A stretch of DNA of 60,541 nucleotides, the filler included, from Circinaria calcarea (lineage: Eukaryota), in assembly GCA_051942165.1 (NCBI GenBank). It is 15 parts of 15 records of this genome, joined end to end, with 100 filler letters (N's around TTAATTAATTAA, not from the genome) between each part and the next. Parts side by side here need not be neighbours in the genome. Positions count along the whole stretch, not along the records: positions 48,542 to 52,478 come from JAVECS010002547.1; positions 52,579 to 56,511 come from JAVECS010002548.1; positions 56,612 to 60,541 come from JAVECS010002549.1; 12 more parts are not named here. The stretch is one strand, 5' to 3'. Positions 49,439 to 60,541 of the stretch are shown here, piece by piece (positions within the stretch are counted from its first letter, which is position 1; the number at the start of each line of letters is the position of its first letter). The translations under genes and the position numbers were made by a program. The notes below the pieces were generated by a model that saw only the letters and a list, made by a program, of their open reading frames with translations, had not been told where the DNA came from and searched no databases.

Positions 49439-52436
49439 TTATCGTGGTGGCGTACCTAGGACTGCTGGTTGAGAGACCTGAGTTGTGACAAGGGTTTTCA
49501 AAGGGGCTGTCGTAGTGGGCCCGGTACTGCTACGCTTCGACATCATACGTAGCTTTTTCCGAAGAGAATCAAGACGACCGCGAATACCTTGGACCACTGC
49601 AGCTGTGTCAGCAACAAACATCAAATAGCCTACAATAGGGACCGAATAACGTACGCTTCAGCACAGACTCTCGATCATCCGGATTCACCGGATTAAAGTC
49701 ATCCTCCTGAGCGTGAGTGCCATTGGGGTCATTCTCGGCCACAGCAGTCGCTTTAGGCTTTAGCTCATCGTCATTCTCAAGGACCGCTTCCAACATGCGT
49801 ATTGCCGTAATGTAAGCGATTTCGCAACCAGGCAAATCTTCACAGACAAGCTCGTTCACTGCGGCGCTGCGACTCATTTCTAATGCGCGAAGATACATCA
49901 ACTTCTCAGCAGTAACACCAGGCGAAACAACAACGTTGTCCGCAGACGTCCCCATTCCCGTTGCCGAGGTTGATCCTAACACAATATTATTTGGATGACT
50001 CGCGTGATCCTCAGGGAGACGCTTTTGGGCCTCGATAAGCTTCAGCCGTACGAATTCCGCCTTTTCCAGAACCTCGTTGAACCTGCCGCGAACCCATTGT
50101 ACGACGTTGTTGACCCGATTGCCGACCAGGACGCTCTGCGCAGAACTTGAGTAGGGTTTCGGTGATACCGACGTCTCGATAATCTCCCCGCGACTTTTTC
50201 TAGCCCACCAGGCCCCGGCAATATCCATGGATTTTGCAAGCAACAACAAGGCTTTCACATACAGCACCAAGGCCTCTTCTGCGAGTGTAACAGTCGCGTC
50301 AACAGTTAAACTGCTGTCGGCCTCAGCGCTTGTCTGACTCTCATCCTGTTCGGGGATACCCGCTTGACGCAACCCAAGCCCATGATCCACCGACGGAGCT
50401 ATAGGAATTAACTGTTTATACTTGACTTCAGCGAACCCGTAGACGACGTCGCTCCTCGTGGCTGATTCTTCGATGACGTGGAGGGCCTTGGTGTCTTCAT
50501 CAAAAGCTAGCCCTGCTTTCGAGCCGTCGCCGATCATGATCATGCTGCCTTGACTTGTAGGATATGCTGGGAATGGACTATACGTCGGGGGGGAAACACC
50601 TCCACGGCCGATTCCCAATGGTGGTGTAATACCGAAGCTGAACAGCCTTCCACTGGCTAGATTTATGGCCTTCGAAATAGCAGACGAGGCTGAGGAAGAG
50701 GTACGTGAACGTCTCTCGTAGGAAATTTGTCGTTGATGATCTGGTCGCCTACCTCCAGAGGCAAGCTGGATTGCTCGTGATGGTGTGACGTTTGCTCCAA
50801 CGGTAGAGGATGGCGTCGATTGAGTTGTGTTTCGGCGACCAATGACTGGATGTTGCGAATTCTGTGAAAGGGGGCTCGCTCCATGAGCTACGTGAATTTT
50901 GGGGCTTGCGGCAAGCTCGTCAGCGAATGCGTTAACTTCGACAGCTCGCTTTTCTACCACCACATAATCACGCTCAAACGCTACGTCTTGCGCAGCGCGT
51001 TCTTGCGCTTCTCTAAGCTCTCTGGAGGCTCTGTTTTCGGGACGCTTGACGACTCGCTCTCGTGCCGCGTTGGGATCTTTGGGGCCTGCGAAACTAGGGG
51101 AAGGAGAGTTGCGACCTGGTTGTCGCTGCATTGTAGCCGCAGCCGTATTCTTCGCAATAGGTGCTGCATAAAGGTCTTGTCGAGCTGGTGCTGTTGCGTG
51201 GCTGACCATACTCGGTCGTCGGGGTTGTTGCGCACGTTCCTGAGCGTCGTGATAGATCTCAGCTACATCCGAATCGTCGGCGGTGACCCGTCGGCCTGAG
51301 ATGGATGGTTTTGCCACATTCTTGGGCGCGCGAGAAGTACTCGTAGGCTCCAAAGAAACCTCGGCCGCACGAGATTCTCGAGAAGACTGTCTTGATGATG
51401 TGTTTGACGGTGGGCCAATGAGCTCGCATCTAGCTTGATTACAATCTTGTTCCAACCGACCCTCGAGAGTGCTTCTTCCTTGAACTGCCAGTTCTTCAGC
51501 TAGTGGCTGTTCAGGCTGTTGCTCGGCTGATTTCAGAGGGCGGTCTTCACCAACCAGGCCAGGAATGTCATCTTTAACAACGGTGTTATCAAAGAAGTCA
51601 TTGAAGCCCATTCTCTCAACTGGGTTACGCCTCAGAAGTCTTCTGATAAGCTTCTTCATAGAATCGCTCACGACAACATCCTCCGAAAACCTGATCCTGT
51701 CCTCCCCTTTTTCAATTTTTCGAAGTAGTTCGACATGGTTCGCAGCTGTGAAAGGGGGTTTGCCCGTCATCATCTCATAAAGGACCGCACCGACTGACCA
51801 GAGATCGGCTTTTGCGTCATACTTCTCGTATCGAAGGATTTCAGGAGCCATGTAGAGCGGGGATCCACAGAGGGTTTCTGCCAGGGATGTTGATGGGAGC
51901 GAGCGGGCAAAGCCGAAGTCGGCAATCTTCAACATGGGCAGAGACTCAATGCCAGCGACAGGAATAAGGGAGTTCTCGTTCGGCGTAAAGGGCATCATCT
52001 CGGGCCGAGCTTTGGAGTAGTACATTGGCGAAGGATTGAGTAGAAGATTTTGTGGCTTGACGTCTCTATGAATCAGGTTCCTATTCCGGAGGAACTCTAG
52101 GGCGCTTGCTAGTTGTTGAAGAAAGTGACGCACAATGACTTCGTGCAGGCCACCGACAGGTGGATTGGGATATTTCTTCATCATGTCCGCTGTGTGGGGA
52201 GTGCGGGCGAGTTGATCACGTCTCTTGATAAAATAGGAGAGGTCTCCCAGCTGGCAGAATTCCATCACTAGGTGTATATGCGTAGGGCTTTCCCGACAGT
52301 CGATCAGGGAGACGATGTGGGGATGGTGAAGGTCTTTCAGGATTTGTATCTCGCCAAAGAGGTTCTCCTTTAACTTCTTGTTCTTGCTGAGCGAGGAGAG
52401 ATTGACCGATTTGATGGCTACGTAGCCGCCTCTTTT
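49439..52436 (-). CDS. ATG1: Autophagy Ser/Thr kinase Atg1 (first exon or exons beyond the contig end)
   Basis: Kinase motifs [24 protein letters not shown] and [12 protein letters not shown]. Atg1-specific [23 protein letters not shown] and C-terminal MIT-like region. Intron 49597-49654. Acceptor at 52437. Confidence 0.96.
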
Positions 52437-52578
52437 CTGTACACACGGTCAGTGTTAGCAAAGGTTGTCTGAGAGAGCNNNNNNNNNNNNNNNNNNNNNN
52501 NNNNNNNNNNNNNNNNNNNNNNTTAATTAATTAANNNNNNNNNNNNNNNNNNNNNNNNNNNNNNNNNNNNNNNNNNNN

Positions 52579-54750
52579 GCCTCCGCCAGCCAGGACGCGT
52601 CGACATCGTCCGCGGTATCCGTTTGGCGCAGCTGGATCTCGAGGATCTCCCGCCGCGCATCGAGGTTCGGGGGTCCGACGTAGAGGATCGTGTCGAGACG
52701 GCCCGGCCGCATGAGGGCGGGATCGAGGACTTGGGGTTGATTGGTCGCCGCGAGGACGAAGACGCCCTTGAGGTCTTCGATACCGTCTAGTTCGTTCAAG
52801 AGGGTTGTGAGGACATTGACTCCGCTCCCGCCTCCGCCCGGTCCTCCCTCCCTCGCGGCGCCGATGGCGTCGATTTCGTCGAAGAAGAGGATGCTGGGGC
52901 TGGCGGCGCGGGCTTTGCGGAAGACATCGCGGACGGCGCGCTCGGATTCGCCGACGTACATGCTGAGGAGCTCGGCGCCTTTGACGGCGAGGAAGTTGAG
53001 GTGGGATTCGGTGGCGATGGCCTTGGCGGTGAGGGTCTTGGAGCATCCGGGGGGTCCGTAGAGGAGGAGACCCTTTTTCGGGGAGAGGTTGAGGCGGGAC
53101 ATGTCGGTAGGGTACTGGTAATCTAGGTTAGTGGGATTGGGAGGGGTGGGAAGTCGAGGGAGGGAAGGGGGAGGGGAAAACCTTGAATGGCCATTCCACG
53201 GCTTGTTTGAGGCTTTCTTTGATTTCGTGCTGGCCGCCTATGTCACTCCAATGGACTTTTGGGGTTTCGAGGAAGACTTCTTGCATGGCTGTGGGACGGA
53301 CCTTGAGGAGCGCGTTATTTATATCGTCTTCGGTAATCTCGACTTTGATATCTTTGGGCTCATGTTCTTTCGCGATGGATTCACCTGATATATCAGTACC
53401 GTTAATTCCCTGATGAGCATCTCCATTCTTTGACAGCGATGTTAAAACTCTATCTTCCGCCTCGAAACATGAGAATTGAATTACTTCATCCAGATCAGCC
53501 CCAACAAAGCCGTGGGTACGATCTCCAAGTGCTTCCAAGTCCTTTGCAACTGCATCCCGGGGCAGATGGGTCAGGACATTCAATATCTCCACCCGAGTCT
53601 TCAGATCAGGAACTGGAATCTCAATTGGGTATCTAAAAGAGCTTGGTCGTCGCAGGCTTTCGTCGATGTCGCTCAGTTTCCTTGTCGCTGCAATGACCAA
53701 CACTCGTGCATCTGCGAGATTTTCGAAACCTTCTCGTATGCTCGATGTAAGACCAAACGACGTAATATTTTCGTTAGGCGTGAGCTTGCCAGCTACAGAA
53801 TCTAGGGGGTCAATAATAATCACGCTTGGCTGATGTCGAAGAGCATCTTGGAAAATGGTTCTCACGGCACTGTCGGCGTTACTACCGTGGCGTCTGATAG
53901 ATTCCATATTCAGATGAAGTACCTTTCGCCATTTGGCTTCCGCAACTTTCTGTAAAATCAACGTCTTGCCTGTCCCAGATGGCCCGTGTAGTAGGATTCC
54001 GCCTCTGCGGGATTTGCAGAACGGTGGTAATATACATCGGCGCAGTCCTTCGCTGTATTCAGTCAAAAGTTTGTTGAGCCGAGCTAACTGTTGGGTCAAT
54101 CCCCCAATCCCATCTCTTGTAACCAGAATCGAATGGCCAAGTTCATCCAATGATACCCCATTCGGAGACTGGATATCTTGTAAACGGACTGTGCAAGACG
54201 GGACAAATCGATACAATGCGTCCGAGGTCCTGGATGAATTGATCTGCTCTATTCTAAACGATCTTTTCTGACCCGTGGCTTCTTTGACGTCAATCTCAAA
54301 GACCAAACCAGGACATAGCATTTCTGCCTTGCCCAGCGCAAACTTGCAAAGCCACTTCCAGTGCCCTTGCTCAACCACGTCAAGAGTCATCAGAGGGTCC
54401 TTAGCTCCATCTTGCTGAGTCTGTAGTAATTCCGATAATACCACGGTCTGTGCATCTTCAACAGACGTATCTTCTCTGTGAAGAGAAACCTTGTCTCCAA
54501 GCTTCAGGCAATGGAGAGATTGGAGAGCCTTGGAGGTCTGCACGATGTTATCCTGTATTTTCTCTGGAGCAGCCCATGCAATAGCAGGTACCGGCTTGCC
54601 GTCAGCGTCAACCAAATGACATGCATCGCCGGAGCGTAACTTGTGTAGGAGGAGCGTCGCTGGGGAGAGATACACACGGAAGGCATCCCTCTGATCTGAA
54701 CGAGCGGGCTTGGAAAACGGCCGTACCGTATAGGTGCGTGAATCTAGCAT
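52579..54750 (-). CDS. AFG2: Double AAA+ ATPase of the Afg2/Drg1 (SPATA5) family, 3' truncated
   Basis: D1 Walker A GPSGTGKT. VRPTAMQEVFLETPKVHWSDIGGQ linker. D2 GPPGCSKT, LFFDEID and LMRPGRLD. Intron 53115-53181. Likely start MLDSRTYTVRP at 54750. Confidence 0.9.
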
Positions 54751-55091
54751 CTTAGAGAGGTAACGACACAAAAGCTGCAACACAGATGTACGAGATCCTG
54801 AGTTTGATAAAATTTGTAGATTTTCATTATAGAGACAGAGTATAGAATTACAGCGGTTTTCTAGCAGCGCGGAGTTAGGAAATTTAAGCAAGGCGAGCTC
54901 CAGATTTCAGTGTAGTATATGATAATTTGATACATCATTTAAATTCACCCATCCTTTGGATGCACCAATCTGTATCGATTCTGTATGGGAGTAGGGTTCA
55001 CGTCGGTCAACAGGGCAGATTTTTGCGTTTCACCCCAACCGAAAGTCCATCTCGCAAACTTCTCCCATTTCATAACGTCCTTCACCGATTG

Positions 55092-56511
55092 ATGCCAATA
55101 CTGCGGCTCGTGAGGCCCCAGATACTCTCGTCAGCAAGGAAGCGCAATCACTTCGGGCAATCTCGATGCATTCACGATCACAAGGTCCGTTACCACATGG
55201 TGGATCATGACAAGAAGGGAACCAAGGATACACGTCTACTGAGGGATGCGATTCCGCTGGAAAAGGCAGACAAGGCACAGGTGACTTCGGGGGAGAAAAA
55301 ACCGCTACAGAGTACACGTCCACCCAAGGCTTCTTTTTCTGTGAGAAGAATCTATCCTAAGGATAAACGTCCAGCGGCCAAAAGGGAGCTGCTTTTCCTA
55401 GAGGACCTTGCCAAAGGGGATGTCAAAAAGCGAGCCGATGGAAAGGATCAGGCTAAAGGGGACCACAAGAAACCCACTGCAGAGAACCTAGCGCCAGTAT
55501 CAACGAGGAAGCCATCATTATTAGAGGAGCTTTTCCCCGAGGATGTCAAAAAAGCCGAGAAAGGGAAAAAGCAGGAAGAGGTTGGATATGACGACGTGCT
55601 CCGGGTGCCTCCTCTCAACCTCGATGGGCTCTTGAAAGATTTTGAAGCTGGGATAGACACTCCCCAAGTGCAGACGCAGCAAAAGCTGAGAACCAGGGAG
55701 GCGATGTTGGATGCATTCCGGCAACAAAAATTGACAGTGCTGGTCCTTTCAAGAGCGAGCAAGTCACTGGCGGAGAGCGATTTTCGACGGATCGCTCCAA
55801 AGGGAATGCATATAGAGGAGTGGAGGGGTCCTGGAGACATCTTGAAAGGTAAAACATATCACCATCGCTACGCCCGTGAACAAACTAACACCATCATCCA
55901 GTAATACCAGCACGAGATCCGGAGACACTCCAACCCCAAGGCCACTATTTCCTCGTATTCCCCAACCCAGCCTACGCCCGCACATATCAGAATCACGTAC
56001 TCCACCTCCATGATCTCGCCTCCACGCACACCCCCTCATCTCTCGAATCCCCCATGGCACCCCCGCCAGGTATGCTCGTCCAAGGGGAAGACGTCTACAC
56101 TTTACTCCAAGATTACGCCCTCTGCCCCCCATCGCAAAGGATCTCTCTACGAGTCCTCCAGCCTCCCTACCTCCACGGCGTCCGCAAAACCCTCCAAGAC
56201 CGCGGCTACACCGCTCTCGTATCGCCCGAAAACCGCTCCGGCCGCTCCGTCCTCTTCTGGATCAACGGTCACCAACCCACCACCTTCTCCGTCAAAACCG
56301 TGCTCGCTAAGGACGGGCAAGAGAGAGGATTGCAATGGGGTCCCCTCAACGGAAAAGGCTCCATTGACCTCCTAGACGCTCCGGCCGGTAAACCAGAGAA
56401 TCCGAAAGGGCAAAATCCAGCGGCCGATGAAGACGCAGAGGTCAAGTCCAAAAAACACAGGTTCTCACGCTGGGTCATCGCGTTCGAGGACGAGATGGAG
56501 GCGAGACGGTT
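55092..56511 (+). CDS. Conserved-looking hypothetical protein, probably mitochondrial, 3' truncated
   Basis: Arg-rich presequence-like start (MPILRLVRPQILSSARKR). Intron 55849-55901 joins GDILK to VIPARDPETLQPQGHYFLVF and the frame continues to the contig end. Divergent from AFG2 across about 340 bp. Confidence 0.75.
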
Positions 56512-56630
56512 NNNNNNNNNNNNNNNNNNNNNNNNNNNNNNNNNNNNNNNNNNNNTTAATTAATTAANNNNNNNNNNNNNNNNNNNNNNNNNNNNNNNNN
56601 NNNNNNNNNNNGAAGTAGGAAAAAAAAGGG

Positions 56631-56750
56631 AGAGGGAAGAGGGAAGAGGGAAGAGGGAAGAGGGAAGAGGGAAGAGGGAAGAGGGAAGAGGGAAGAGGGA
56701 AGAGGGAAGAGGGAAGAGGGAAGAGGGAAGAGGGAAGAGGGAAGAGGGAA
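56631..56750. repeat. (AGAGGGA)n heptamer microsatellite, about 17 copies
   Basis: Perfect 7-bp tandem purine repeat next to the contig start. Confidence 0.95.
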
Positions 56751-57025
56751 GGGAATAGAAAGACTAGGAATGGGAATGAAGAGGGGAACTACAAGGGAAA
56801 GTTTGGACGAGGCAACTCTGACAAGCACAAGGGTATGCAACAATTTTACATAGAAGATATCTCACACGGACGAAAACCCGGTAGGATCCCACAGATGCTC
56901 CTTCGGACCCCCAGTGGACCCCAGAAACGCCTCGCCCGATCAACTAGATAGACAAGCTTACAGCAGCAAACAAAACATCACTCCTTCAAAGCTGGCTCCA
57001 CCCCTCTCCCTTCCTTAACCTGAAC

Positions 57026-59753
57026 CTACTGATTCAACTTGACGCTCGCCTCCGTCAAGATCCTCGCCACCTTCTCCACCTGCTGCTGCGCGAGCGACCA
57101 ATTCCCCTCATCAATAGCATCGCGGATGCCCGGGAAATAAGCCTCGTCGTAGCCGGACCAGGCCTGCGGAGCGAAAATGACGTGTTTGAACTGTTCGCGG
57201 CCCGGGAGCTGAAAATGGGAGCAACCAATCAGTTAGCATGGAATGAGCTTGGCGATTTGTCAAGATTAAAGACGAGGAAGGAATGGGGAAATGAGAGTCG
57301 GAACTTACACCGCCCTTGAGATCCAACAGATCGGTTTCAAAGTTGGCCATTTTGATGTTGTGGCTCATTCGCTTGATGGCCATGGCGTTTGACTCGAAAC
57401 TGCCACTCCTGTATATATTCTGCGTCCATTCATGGTCCCACTCGTGAAACAAGCGCGCACTCTCAGTGAAAACATCCGCTGCAATGTAAAGGGGTCTCAG
57501 GTTGAAGACGGTTTCCATGCCGCCGTTTTTCCATGGCGGCCCACCTTTGCTGACAACGTACTTCTCCAAATCATCCACGTAGCCACGGATCGCATTGGCG
57601 TAAGCCTCCAGATCGAAAGGCAAAACCGGACGGTCTGCTAATTCAAGGATGAGCAGTGCCCACACTTGGCCGATGAGTTTGTGGTATTGGAAGCCTGGAT
57701 CCCCGTGCTCGCTCATCCACTGGAAATTATCGTAACAGCTGTGATACGGGAATGGAGGACCATCGAAACCCATGTCTATGCTAGATGTTCCAGCAATGTC
57801 TTGGAAAGCAACATAATCACTACCCGCACCGAGACCTCCTAGCTTTTTCTGCTTTTCGTCCCATATTGAACGTAACGTCCTATTCGCCACAGGATCCGAA
57901 GTACGATCTAGGACCCGAAGCAACGCTTTTTCAAACAGGGGAGAAGCCGACGCTGCGAAGTCGTTACCGGACACAGCCACATCCACGTTGATATACGCAA
58001 AGCCGTCACGCCGGAGATCTTCTATTCTCGCTTCGACATGCTCGGTAGAACCTATGAGATTGTACTCCTCGCCGTCCCACGACGCGAATTCAATAGTTCG
58101 AAGCGGTTGCCAACCCATCTTCCTCAATTCCCCGAAAGTTCTGACAACCTCGAGGAAAACTGCTGTGCCACTGCCTGGATCAACGGCACCAAAACACCAT
58201 GCATCTCGATGATTGCCAACGATGATGGATTTGTCGGGTTGTTCAATGCCGGTAATCTTACCGATAACATTGTAGATCGGCTGCTTCTCGACCTCGTCTT
58301 GTTCATTCTTTAAATGAACAATCGGGGAGTCTTGATCGCCAGACCACCATTCAACGTCAGGCACACCGCCGACCCAATCATTTTCCAGTTTTTTGCCATG
58401 TCCTTTTAGTGCTTGCAGCAGCTTTTGGGCGTCTCTCCAAGCGAGTGGAATACTTGGTATGTTGTTCAAACCAGGATTGTTATCCTTGGATAACCGTTTA
58501 TTTTCTCCAGGCAATGAAGGAAATCCAGGTGAGAGGACATCGCCAACAACCCAACTCATAAGACTGACCCCACCACGCTGGACGCTGTCACTAGGTCTGA
58601 AGCGGCCATCAGGGAACGGTTTTCCTTTGCGGAAGCCATCCTCAGCCGGATCACTGTATATAATGCAACCGACGGCTCCTGCAAGCTCCGCAGCTTTGAT
58701 CTTGAGAGCTCTATCGCCTTGACTTCCATAATATCTGACAAGTGCGATTGCTCCCTTCAAACTGACTCCACTATCCTCTAGAGCTTTGAAATCCTCCCTC
58801 GATCCATAATTGGCATAGATGAGCGGCCCAGTGACATTGCCCGCTCTTGAATGACCATGAAATACAAGAGTCTGTTCCCGGGGAGGATCTGTGTATGCAG
58901 GTTCCTCCTCAATAGTAGCTTCCCATGTAAGTTCTGGCGGGTCAATGATCGCGACTCGTCGCCCGTCCACAGTGGGGTAGTTGAGGTAGACGTCGAACCG
59001 TTCTAGGCCGGCACTTTCAAGCTTGGCTGCATTGAAAGTAGCCTCTACCCATTTCGCAAGGACAAAGTTGCCTTTAGTACCAGCAATATGATCGAACAAT
59101 GTGAGATGTTCCAAGTTCTCCTGGATGAATGTTTCGTTGACCTGTTGTTGTACGAATAGCCGTACCGACTCAGGGTCGTATATATGGCCCATTCCGCCTC
59201 TCGAACCTGCAGTGAATACATCCGAAAGAAAGACAAAATAGGCTAAAAAGACGACAAAAAGAAAGGCGAGGAAGCGTCCAACCATTATCCAGCCGGGCTT
59301 TAGTATCTGAGGTACCTTGGGTAGGTGTGCTCGTAGGTAATCGAATGAAGGTAGCCATTGTCGAAAGGGAAGGTTGATAGAGGACAGACCGTGGGTGAGA
59401 TTGGATATGTGCTTCGAAAACCGAGTCGCTCCCTCCGCTTGTGGGTCAACCACTTCCATCTGCTCGATTTCATTGCGCAGGCTCTCGGCTGAAGTTCTCG
59501 CCGAGTTCGAGGAGGAGGAGGATAAAAAGTCCACGCTGGATCTTGCTGACTCCACCGTGGGTGGTTGATAGCCATTGTGCTGCGGTATGGGAACCCTCCG
59601 CCCAAGGAGCCCTTGCCGTTCGGCATCGTGACTTATCTCGGATGCGCCCAAGAAAGCCTGTGAAGAAGGTGGTCGAGAGCTTGTAGCTTCGTAGTACGTC
59701 GGTATTGGCGGATTTTCCTCTGGAACATATTTGTTTGGCTTCTCGTCCTCCAT
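57026..59753 (-). CDS. Transferrin-receptor-like M28B glutamate carboxypeptidase (Tre1/Tre2/Vps70 family), type II membrane protein
   Basis: One TM segment, a PA domain (LIYANYGSREDF..RYYG..GCIIYSDPAEDG) and Zn/catalytic motifs GNHRDAW, DPGSG, WDGEEY, NVDVAV and YHSCYD. Intron 57209-57308 leads to the TFR dimerisation exon (FKHVIFAPQAWSGY). Confidence 0.93.
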
Positions 59754-60214
59754 GGAGACTGGGGGACGTTGCTGGTCCCTATCAACTGGTTCAGCAACCG
59801 AAAGGCTATGATTCCGTATTCATGTTGTCATAGAACAAAGGGGCCACATGCGCAAGGATTGCAACGTGAGCTTTACTTACCGGTACTGTCCGTATCAGTT
59901 ATGAGGCTCACTCCATCGGGAAATCATTCGGCCTTCATCCTCCGGACGCTAGTGAGGACACCGGTTCGTGTCATTTAATAAACCTACGAAAGCATATTGG
60001 AAATCTACATACAATGTAAGCAGTAACAGTCTGCATCATTTCGCACTATCGCAGATAGAGTATAGAAGACATTACTGTACGTTAACTCGATGGTTTCGAC
60101 AAAATTGTAGATTTTATGCCAATTTCATGTCGCATTATAACCAGCCAGATCGCTTAGAAGCTACCGACTGTGGGCCATCATCAACAGACTGAAAGCCTGC
60201 GGTGGAGAAGCAAG

Positions 60215-60541
60215 TCAAGACTTGTTATCCTCGGGTGCTTCGTCACTTTCAACAGCAACCAGCTTGCCAACTACGAGATATTTTTCTAGAAACCTTTCCT
60301 CCCAATCCTGTAGCGCCGACATCTCGTCAGGCCCGAGTCCGGAAAGATCGTCCAATGGACCTTCGAGGTCCTTCGTCAACATGTCCTCGTCAAAGCTACC
60401 ACATGCGAGACCTCGGGTGGCATCTCTCCCCGCAAAGTTCTCATACGGTCCTCCAGGGCCGTAGAAGTTTCTTCCTGCTGTGACGTCGAAAACTCGACCC
60501 CTAACTGCCAAATACACTGGCATGTTCTTCTCTCCGTTATA
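60215..60541 (-). CDS. DAP1: Cytochrome b5-like heme/steroid-binding protein (Dap1/PGRMC1 family), 3' part
   Basis: PVYLAVRGRVFDVTAGRNFYGPGGPYENFAGRDATRGLA..LQDWEERFLEKYLVVGKL. Confidence 0.93.
   Translation of the reverse strand, partial: YNGEKNMPVYLAVRGRVFDVTAGRNFYGPGGPYENFAGRDATRGLACGSFDEDMLTKDLEGPLDDLSGLGPDEMSALQDWEERFLEKYLVVGKLVAVESDEAPEDNKS

Noticed and set aside
54751..55091. Upstream TTG-started extensions of AFG2 (to 54891) and of the divergent gene (from 54927)
   Set aside because: Artefacts of allowing bacterial start codons. In-frame ATGs at 54750 and 55092 give sensible N-termini.

Overview
This window is not one locus. It is 15 separate fungal contigs (3960 down to 3930 bp, sorted by decreasing length) joined by 14 artificial 100-nt linkers (44 N + TTAATTAATTAA + 44 N), so adjacency across linkers means nothing. 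The short introns with CTRAY branch sites and the gene content indicate a filamentous ascomycete (Pezizomycotina). A lichen-forming lineage is possible but cannot be shown from this sequence. Recognisable genes, many cut by contig ends: RFC small subunit, ankyrin protein, GH16 glucanase, Clr5-domain protein, HSPA12-like Hsp70, expansin/RlpA-like protein, NAD(P)-binding protein, CCDC124/Oxs1, BTB protein, lipoxygenase, VDAC, a J-domain protein, MetAP2, Atg1, Afg2, an M28 Tre/Vps70-like peptidase and Dap1. There are also two pseudogenes. The four most interesting signals are: (1) a secreted protein carrying CD38/ADP-ribosyl-cyclase-like motifs, head-to-head with a broken ankyrin-only gene; (2) a gene-free contig with about 11 co-oriented, partly palindromic ~55-nt repeats around a tRNA-like Pol III cassette; (3) a 2.7-kb diverged tandem array containing a hairpin with compensatory base changes; (4) three GC-AG introns among about 30 introns. 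All family assignments come from motif recognition by eye, and no searches were run.
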